64,000 nucleotides of DNA from Octopus vulgaris. Lineage: Eukaryota. Every line of letters begins with the position of its first letter. The stretch's first letter is position 1. Positions 54,951 to 64,000 of the stretch are shown here, one piece after another. A program made the translations under genes and the position numbers. Location of the stretch: assembly GCA_951406725.2 (NCBI GenBank), contig OX597814.1:30504001-30568000 (forward strand). Direction: 5' to 3'. The notes under the pieces were generated by a model. The model made no database searches. It worked only from the letters and a program-made list of their open reading frames with translations, and was not told the origin of the DNA.

Positions 54951-55253
54951 ATTTAAAGGAAGAAGAGTGGTGGCATTCTTTTATTAATTTTCATGTAACC
55001 AATTGGAGGACTCCAGCTTCTATTTATGGTACCAAAAACCCAATTAGGAGAGTATGGTGTACATCCAGGATGATATTTCGGCTTCATTTCAGAGGTAAGA
55101 TTCGCAAAGTTCTTGATCCCAGTTTTGCACGTAAGAAGAAGCTTTGAATAGCAACTGAATGAACATTATCAGAGTCGAACGAATCTAATAAATGAATACT
55201 ACTAAAATTCGCCTTTATACATCCAAACGTGTGTGCGTGTGTGTGTGTTTAAG

Positions 55254-55332
<79 letters not shown>

Positions 55333-56338
55333 GACTTTCGGGCTAGGGCCCATGGACAACTTCCAGAGATCCCTGGCCTGGCAGTGCTACCGAGAAGCGC
55401 TACCCGTTCGGGATAAGCTCTACAGACACGGGTCGAGAAACACGGGGCCGACCTGCCCGAGATGCGGTCAGAGCGACGAAACCGTTCTGCACGCACCCGT
55501 GCAGTGTCCAACAATTTCCGACCTGTGGGCTTATGTCGAACAACTGCTGTCACGTGTGGGACGAGTCGGTTTATCAGCTGAGTCTATCGTCAATATTGTC
55601 ACGCCTCCTTCCTTCATACGGGAAGGAAGAGCTATTTTCATCATCCTTGTGGCTATGGCGAAAGAATGTATCTGGTGGACGCGTCTGAAAGGATTGGAGA
55701 CAAACACTTTCCTCTCTGGTCAATCTCTCATCAACTTCTTCAAGTACCACTTGAAAAGGAAAGTGAGAGTAGAGAGGCAAGTTTTGTCTAGCGAATGTTT
55801 TAAAAAAAGATGGGTGAATGCAGCAAGGATGGCATGTATGAATGACGAAGCCACCTTGAGCATAATCCTATGAACCCAGAAATTGAAAACAGAGGGTTAC
55901 CCACTTGCAAACAAATGTGGTAACATATAACAATATTGACCAAGGTTACCGTGGTCTTTTTCGTAGGCTTTTCTTCTCACGGATAAACCTTACTTGCTTT
56001 CCCCTTTACACCATATATCATAACACTGTGATACACGTTCCCTATTGATCGTTCTTTTTTTTCCTCTTCCCCTTTTTTTCCCCTTTTTTCTTCTTTTTTC
56101 ATTTCTCTTTCCTTTTGTTCCTTTTCCTTTTCTTTTTTTTTTTCTTTTTATTCTTTTTATTTTATTCAATTTTTTTTTTTTTGTTCTTTTCTTCCCTTTT
56201 ACGATCCCTCTTGATCGAAAACCTACACCACCCCTTTTTTTTTCTTTTGTTTTTTGTTCTCTTCATCCCCCAAAAGAAAAGCTCTACCTTGTAACTTGTC
56301 CCATCTGTGTGCAGCCCTGTATGGCCAATAAAGAAACT
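55333..56338 (+). mobile_element. 5'-truncated Tx1/L1-clade LINE (zf-RVT end of ORF2 plus pyrimidine-rich 3' UTR)
   Basis: Open frame to 55873 with LAW...REALPV..KL and CPRCGQSDETVLH..VQCP; AATAAA at 56327-56332; (TCTA)n on both flanks. Confidence 0.88.
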
Positions 56339-56345
56339 TATCTAC

Positions 56346-56430
<85 letters not shown>

Positions 56431-56435
56431 CCTAC

Positions 56436-56487
<52 letters not shown>

Positions 56488-57684
56488 TTGTACGTATGTA
56501 TAAGTGTGTGTAAATAATATATATATATATAGACGGAAACTGAAAGAAGCCCGTCGTATGTGTGTGTATGTGTATGTGTGTGTGGTGTGTGTATATTTAT
56601 GTGTCTGTGTTTATCCCCCGCCATCACTTGACAACCGATGCGGATGTGTTTACGTCCCTGTAACATAGCGTTCGGCAACAGAGACCGATAGAATAAGTAC
56701 TCGGCTTACAAAGAATAAGTCCTGGAGTCAAGTTTTCGACTAAGTGCGGTGCTCCAGCATGGCTGCAATCAAATGACTGAAACAAATGAAAAAATATAAG
56801 AATATATGAAAGGCGGCAAGTTGGCAGAACAGTGAGCATGTCGGACAAAATGCCTAGCAACATTTCTTCCGGATTTACGTTCTGAGTCCAAATAATGTCG
56901 AGGTCGACTTTATCTTTTATCCTGTAGCGGAGGAGGGGTGTCAATAAAATAAAGTACCAGTTGCGCACTGGGGTCGATGTAATCGACGTGACTCCTCCTT
57001 GAAATTTCAGGCCTTGTGCTTATAGTAGAAAGTATACATGTGTGTGTAAACATCTCTCTCTTTCTCTTTCTTTCTCTCTCTCTCTCTCTCTTTCTCTTTC
57101 TTTCTCTCTCTCTCTTTCTCTTTCTTTCTCTCTCTCTCTTTCTCTTTCTTTCTCTCTCTCTCTCTCACACTATCTAACTGTTTCTTTATTACCCACAAGG
57201 GGCTAAACATAGAGGGGACAAACAAGGACAGACAAACAGATTAAGTCGATTACATCGATCCCAGTGCGTAACTGGTACTTAATTTATCGACCCCGAAAGG
57301 ATGAAAGGCAAAGTCGACCTCGGCGGAATTTGAACTCAGAACGTAACGGCAGACGAAATACGGCTACGCATTTCGCCCGGCGCGCTAACGGTTCTGCCAG
57401 CTCTATCAATCTATCTGTCTATCCATCTCTCCATTTCCCAAGTAAATACTATGTTGCGGCGACGAAAGGGTGAGGTGGGGAACTGTCAGTTCATTATGAT
57501 ATATTGGTTGATTGAAGAATGTAACGGCACCTACTTGGACATTTCCCAGCTATTTATTTTATAAAATCGGTAAAGTAACGAAATCCAAAAACAGAAACAA
57601 TTTTAAAAAGAAGTTATTACTAATATCAATTATTTTATATCTTACCCGGGGTGTTTTCAAAAAGTGCAAACCGTATCTCTTCAT

Positions 57685-57726
<42 letters not shown>

Positions 57727-57752
57727 ATGTGTGTATGTGTAAATGTATGTAC

Positions 57753-57785
<33 letters not shown>

Positions 57786-58232
57786 TGTATGTATGTATGT
57801 ATGTATGTATGCAAATATGTGTATATATGTATGTGTTGGTTTCATTTATCAAACTTATTTATATTCACAAAAAAATATATTTTTCCGAAATTTTGGTTAA
57901 TTATTATTTTTCCTGCTAGGAGTTCTTGGAAAAACTCCTCAAATATTCTTTGTCCATAATTAAAATCGATTTTGCTGCAATTCTGAAATATCGAATTTGT
58001 CTTAAATGTTTTCGTAGTCTCTGCTTCTGGGAAACATGTTCTTTCGATAATAAATTGTTATTTGCACGGTCAACAGCAAATATCAAAATAGTGGTTTGCC
58101 TATTTATTGTTAATACGCTAAAGTAAATTCGAACGTGAATAAGCCACAGAAGAATAACTTTTCCTTTACGACAGATAATTGTTCCTAACACATAACAATA
58201 TATTATCGGTTGCTAGATATCAGCACGGATAA

Positions 58233-58815
58233 GGCGGCGAGCTGGCAGAAACGTTAGCTCGCCAGGCGAAATACGTAGCCCTATTTCGTCTGCCGTTACG
58301 TTCTGAGTTCAAATGCCGCCGAAGTCGACTTTGCCTTTCATCCTTTCGGGGTCGATAAATTAAGTACCAGTTACGCACTAGGGTCGATATAATCGACTTA
58401 ATCCGTTTGTCTGTCCTTCTTTGTCCTTTCTGTGTTTAGCCTCTTGTGGGTAGTAAAGAAATAAGTATTTCGTCTGCCGTTACGTTCTGAGTTCAAATTC
58501 CGCCGAGGTCGACTTTGCCTTTCATCCTTTCGGGGTCGATAAATTAAGTACCAGTTACGCACTAGGGTCGATATAATCGACTTAATCCGTTTGTCTGTCC
58601 TTCTTTGTCCTTTCTGTGTTTAGCCTCTTGTGGGTAGTAAAGAAATAAGTATTTCGTCTGCCGTTACGTTCTGAGTTCAAATTCCGCCGAGGTCGACTTT
58701 GCCTTTCATCCTTTCGGGGTCGATAAATTAAGTACCAGTTACGCACTGGGGTCGATATAATCGACTTAATCCGTTTGTCTGTCCTTGTTTAGCCCCTTGT
58801 GGGTAGAAAGGAAAT
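58233..58815 (+). mobile_element. SINE family C trimer
   Basis: Units start at 58281, 58465 and 58649 (184-bp period); direct repeat agatatcagca at 58215-58225 and 58817-58827. Confidence 0.9.
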
Positions 58816-59087
58816 GAGATATCAGCAAACTGTTTGTTCACTGAAGATGTTAACATGAGCTCAGTTTCTTTAGAATCATTTGTCCGGGATATCCTTCGAC
58901 GGACGAGACCCACCGATGTCGAAATACTGGGTTGGGTGTCCCAGAAAATCAGAAAATCTTGTGCCAATGAATCAAGTGTATTATGAACATATATTTGTCG
59001 CATGGCCCCCTCTGTGTTTAGCCCCTTGTGGGTAGTAAAGAAATATATATTTGTCGCCCTTGTGGGTAGTAAAGAAATATATATTTG

Positions 59088-59420
59088 TCGCATGACTCAG
59101 TGGTTAGAGCGTCGAGCTCACGATCGTGAGGTTGTGAGCTCGAATCCCGGACCGGGCTGCGTGTTGTGTTCTTGAGCAAGACACTTTATTTCACGTTGCT
59201 CCAGTTCACTCAGCTGTAGAAATGAGTTGCGACGTCACAGGTGCCAAGTTTTTTATTTGCTGTTGCTTTTCCCTTGGATAACACTTGCGGCGTGGAGAGG
59301 GGAGGCCGGTATGCATGGGCGACTGCTGGTCTTCCATAAACAACCTTGCCCGGACTTGTGCCTGGGAGGGTAACTTTCTAGGTGCAATCCCATGGTCAGT
59401 GTCGTGACCGAAGGGGGTCA
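59088..59420 (+). mobile_element. tRNA-derived SINE family D with an RTE-like tail
   Basis: tgactcagtggttagagcg...ctcgaatccc head and cttgagcaagacacttta core; tail resembles the LINE at 46344-46376. Confidence 0.8.
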
Positions 59421-60246
59421 CAGACACTGATTTGTCGCAAAGGAGTTGTTCACCTGTGATTAACTAGAACAGCGATTAGCATATTCTTGTTCAAATCTAC
59501 CGGAATCGTTATTTTCTTTCAAAACAGCAAATCTACCGTGTTTTATATTAGTGTGTGTATGTATATGTGTCTATTGTGGAGGCGCAATGGCCCAGTGGTT
59601 AGGGCAGCGGACTCGCGGTTTCGATTCCCAGACCGGGCGTTGTGAGTGTTTATTGAGCGAAAACACCTAAAGCTCCACGAGGCTCCGGCAGGGATGGTGG
59701 TGATCCCTGCTGTACTCTTTCGCCACAACTTTCTCTCACTCTTACTTCCTGTTTCTGTTGTACCTGTATTTCAAAGGGGCCAGCCTTGTCACTCTCTGTG
59801 TCACGCTGAATATCCCCGAGAACTACGTTAAGGGTACACGTGTCTGTGGAGTGCTCAGCCACTTACACGTTAATTCCACGAGCAGGCTGTTCCGTTGATC
59901 GGATCAACCGGAACCCTCGTCGTCGTAACCGACGGAGTGCTTCCATCCACATGTGTCTATGTGTGAGTGTGTATAAGTGTGTGTGTGTGTGTGTGTGTGT
60001 GTGGGCATGCCGATGCCTGTTAATTATGCTGTCTTTGGGTCGATGAAGGAAATGTCCTTTTAAATGAGTGAAATAGACTACTTTGAATCTGTGCCGATAG
60101 AAGGACAAGACGGGATTTAGTCTGTGTTTCTGTTACATGTCAGAGTGTGTCTCGAAGCTATCTGCATTTCTCGGACAACTAATCGTTGTAACGGCTTGCA
60201 CAGATTAGCAGTGGGATGATATTTCACAAATTATCCTTTCAGGGTT

Positions 60247-60477
60247 CATCATCATCACCATCACCATCACCATCATCATCGTCATCATCATCATCATCAT
60301 CATCATCATCACCATCACCACCATCATCATCATCATCATCATCATCATCACCGTCTTCTTCGCCGTCGTCGTCGTCGCCGTCGTCGTCGTCGCCGTCGTC
60401 GTCATGATCATGATCATGATCATGATCATCATCATCATCATCACCGTCTTCTTCGTCGTCGCCGTCGTCGTCGTCGT

Positions 60478-60508
<31 letters not shown>

Positions 60509-60563
60509 AGCAACGTCGTTGTCATGCTTGTGGTTGTCGTCATCGTTGTCGCCTTCGTCGTCG

Positions 60564-60616
<53 letters not shown>

Positions 60617-60668
60617 AGCAGCAACAGCAGCAGTAGCAGCAGCAATAGCTTCATCATCATTATCATCA
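60247..60668. repeat. Compound (CAT)/(CGT)/(CAG)/(CAC) trinucleotide tract
   Basis: Directly visible. Confidence 0.95.
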
Positions 60669-61335
60669 CCGTCTCCTCCTGTTCCCCTTGCTGCTGCTCC
60701 TTCTGCTCTCCCCCTTCCTCCACCTCCATTAAATAATGTAGTCTTAAATATACAACGATGTCTGAAAAGAAAACAAAAAAGAAAAAAAAAAGAAACAGAA
60801 AACCCCCAAAATAAAACAAGATAGTCACGGCTGGAACATCTTTTGCCAGGTCTGCGTTAAGAGAGACAGTCTGAGATTACAGAAGTACAATAGCAACTGT
60901 ATACTTTAAATGTAAACGAATAACGAAGTCGAAAAGTTTGGATAAGTTTGTATGCCGTGGGCTGAAGAGAATATTGACGTTTGGAGATGACATTTCTTAT
61001 CATTGTCTCTATGGTATTTCAGTTGATTGTAAACACAACAAATTTTACTGTATCATTTTTGCCGATTCAGACCACAACCAGTTTCTGTGAATTCTCTCTC
61101 TTTCTTTTACTCTTTTACTCTTTTAATACTTGTTTCAGTCATTTGACTGCGGCCATGCTGGAGCATCGCCTTTAGTCGAGCAAATCGACCTAACCAGGAC
61201 TTATTCTTTGTGAGCCTAGTACGTACTTATTCTATCGGTCTATTTTTTTGCTGAACCGCTCAGTTACGGGGACGTAAACACACCAGCATCAGTTGACAAG
61301 TGATGTTGGTGGTGGGGGGACAAACACAGACACAG

Positions 61336-61372
<37 letters not shown>

Positions 61373-61909
61373 CATATACTCTTTTACTCTTTTACTTGTT
61401 TCAGTCATTTGACTGCGGCCATGCTGAAGCACCGCCTTTAATCGAGCAACTCGACCCCGGGACTTATTCTTTTGTAAGCCCAGTACTTATTCTATCGGTC
61501 ACTTTTGCCGAACTGCTAAGTAAAGGGGACGTACACACCAGCATCGGTTGTCAAGCAATGCTAGGGGGACAAACACGGACACACAAACATACACGCACAC
61601 ACACATATATATATATACATATATACGACGGGCTTCTTTCAGATTCCGTCTACCAACTCCACTCACAAGGCTTTGGTCGGCCCGAGGCTATAGAAGGAGA
61701 CACTTGCCCAAGGTGCCACGCAGTGTGACTGAACCCAGAACCATGTGGTTCTTAAGCAAACTACTTATCACACAGCCACTCCTGCGACTACCTGTTTAAC
61801 TTATAAGCAAATATGATAAATGAATGATAAACAATTAGGGGCAGGCGTAGAACAGGCGTAAGCGTAGCTGTGCTAAGAAGTTTATTGCCAACTATATAGT
61901 TTGCGGGTT

Positions 61910-62417
61910 GCAAAATTTTTTCCCTACGAGTGTTCTGGACCCAAGTAATGAACTCATTTGCATACAGTCAATCAGAGCTCACCTTGACCTAGTTGTGAAG
62001 CTAGCAAACACACTCTGCCAAATAAACTGTCGATCGATCGCCAAGTTATGCCAGAATTTGGAAGGAGACAAGTGATAAAATAGATAAGCATTTATACCTA
62101 TTATCGAACTTTTTAGGGCCCCATCTGCTCATGATGTGGATGGGGAAAATGTGCGTAGAGGGTGATGTGTTAACAACCTTCTCCCCTTACTGTTTTAGAG
62201 ATTAAACAATAACACAAATAACTACGCAGAGGCAGCCATGGTTAAAACAAGAACCACTAAAAGAGAAAAGGAGCATGGTCATTCCTTATCCAAGTGACCT
62301 TATCTTATCGCTCATCACTTATGCGTTCATAAATTAGTTTGATAGTTGAGCTCTGATTGGCTGTATACAAATGAGTTCATAACTGGGATCCGGAACTCTC
62401 GTGGAAAAAAAATTCGC
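61910..62417. mobile_element. Mutator-like MITE inserted in a family B SINE
   Basis: About 70-bp TIRs; 9-bp diverged TSD ttgcgggtt / ttccgagtt (SINE consensus ttccgggtt); the SINE resumes after 62426. Confidence 0.78.
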
Positions 62418-62692
62418 TTCCGAGTTCAGTCCCACTGCGTGCCACCTTCGTCAAGTGTCTTCTGCTATAGCCTCGGGCTGACCAAAACCCTGTGAGTGGA
62501 TTTGGCAGACGGAAACTGAAAGAAGCTCGTCGTATATAGATATTTTTAGGAAGTTAATAGATATATTACTTGTTTAATGATTTAGAGTGTGCATCTCTTT
62601 TGAATATTTGAACTACTGACGATTTATATATAGACCAGGTATGATTACAGAGGACAAAAAAATCATGCAGACTAAGATCACACGCACACGCG

Positions 62693-62726
<34 letters not shown>

Positions 62727-63201
62727 GACACACGCACACACATATATATCGATCAAAACAGTTTGAGTCAGATGAGTCGTTGACACTCTTGAGTTTCAAA
62801 CGCTTGAAAATCAAGAGCACCAACAAATTTGAATCAAATTGTTTTGATCCATACATGTAACTCCTTATAAATTGCTTGAGTTTCCTTCTTTCGGTTGTCC
62901 AGTAACTCGTGTACACACACACACATATGTGTATGTTATCCTTACCATTATTGTTTTTGCGTATTTTGTATTCTTATTCGTGCTATCATTATTGTTTTTA
63001 CGTATTTTCGTATTTTTATTCGTGTAACATCGTCCGTTTTCCGTCCCTGTGTTGTATACATTCGAGGCTTTCTTCCAAGGAATCTAATGCGCTTGGCTTA
63101 GATTTCCCTTGGGGGCTGCCCAGGTCGGAGCAATCTCAAGATTAATCAACCGAAATTGCGAAGATGATCCGGTTCTTGACTGATGATTGAGGGCTTATTT
63201 C

Positions 63202-63207
<6 letters not shown>

Positions 63208-63299
<92 letters not shown>

Positions 63300-63308
63300 T
63301 ATATACAC

Positions 63309-63341
<33 letters not shown>

Positions 63342-63500
63342 TATATACACATATATATATATATACACATATATATATATACACACACATATATATATAT
63401 ATACACATATATATATATATACACATATGTATATACACACACACATATATATATATACACATATATATATATACACATATATATATATATATACACACAC

Positions 63501-63531
<31 letters not shown>

Positions 63532-63567
63532 TATATATATATGTACACACACACACACACACACACA
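63208..63567. repeat. (TA)n/(CA)n compound microsatellite
   Basis: Directly visible. Confidence 0.97.
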
Positions 63568-64000
63568 TGTGTGTGTATCTGCTTCTCACCACTGCTTGGC
63601 AACCGGTCTTGGTGTGTTTACGTCCCCATAATTTAGCGGTTCGGCAAAAGTGACCAATAGAATAAGTACCAGACTTAAAAAAAAAAAAAAAAAATCGTAC
63701 CGGGGGGGGGGGTCGATTCATTGGAGTAAAATATTCCTCAATGCCGCGTGCCCCCCAGCATTCTTCAAGGCGCGGAGCTGCAGACTGGCCGCAGTCAAAG
63801 GACTGAAACGAGTAAACGATCAACGATAAAGAGATGAAGTACTGGAATTTAAACCTGAAAGCTAAGATATCTTTGACCTTTTTATTAAAAAAGCTGTAAC
63901 CAGTCTTCCAACATGAGTTAGAATTGGCCCCCAAAGATAACACTTGCTATATTCCTGCGGCGAACTGGCAGATACGTTAGCACGCCGGGCAAAATGCGTG

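Noticed and set aside
59578-59640. tRNA gene
   Set aside because: The tRNA-like sequence is the head of a multi-copy SINE, with a deleted anticodon region and no proper acceptor stem; the same SINE context applies at 48800, 52797 and 59088.
63142-63943. Long ORFs (265, 156 and 140 aa) and similar ORFs at 29.6-30.0, 56.0-56.5, 57.5-58.0 and 60.2-60.8 kb
   Set aside because: Artefacts of microsatellites and SINE sequence that lack stop codons.

Overview
AT-rich, repeat-dense animal genomic DNA. The SINE/LINE families look like those of Octopus (inference; not database-checked). The window holds one protein-coding gene on the + strand: the spliceosomal Sm core protein SmB/B' (SNRPB), 5 coding exons over about 36 kb (1865-37525) encoding about 220 aa, with an ATG-only first coding exon. 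The rest is mostly tRNA-derived SINEs (some as head-to-tail multimers), RTE and Tx1/L1 LINE fragments, piggyBac derivatives and MITEs, Helitron, hAT, pogo and Mutator-like MITEs, Penelope-like hammerhead relics, a 51-bp minisatellite and microsatellites. Nearly all listed ORFs are repeat artefacts. No CRISPR array or prokaryote-like system is present. Best leads: SNRPB lacks the intron that carries the vertebrate autoregulatory poison exon; a Tx1 element sits inside (TCTA)n; SINE concatemers share a fixed junction; degenerate hammerhead folds occur; and CpG decay changes at about 45 kb.
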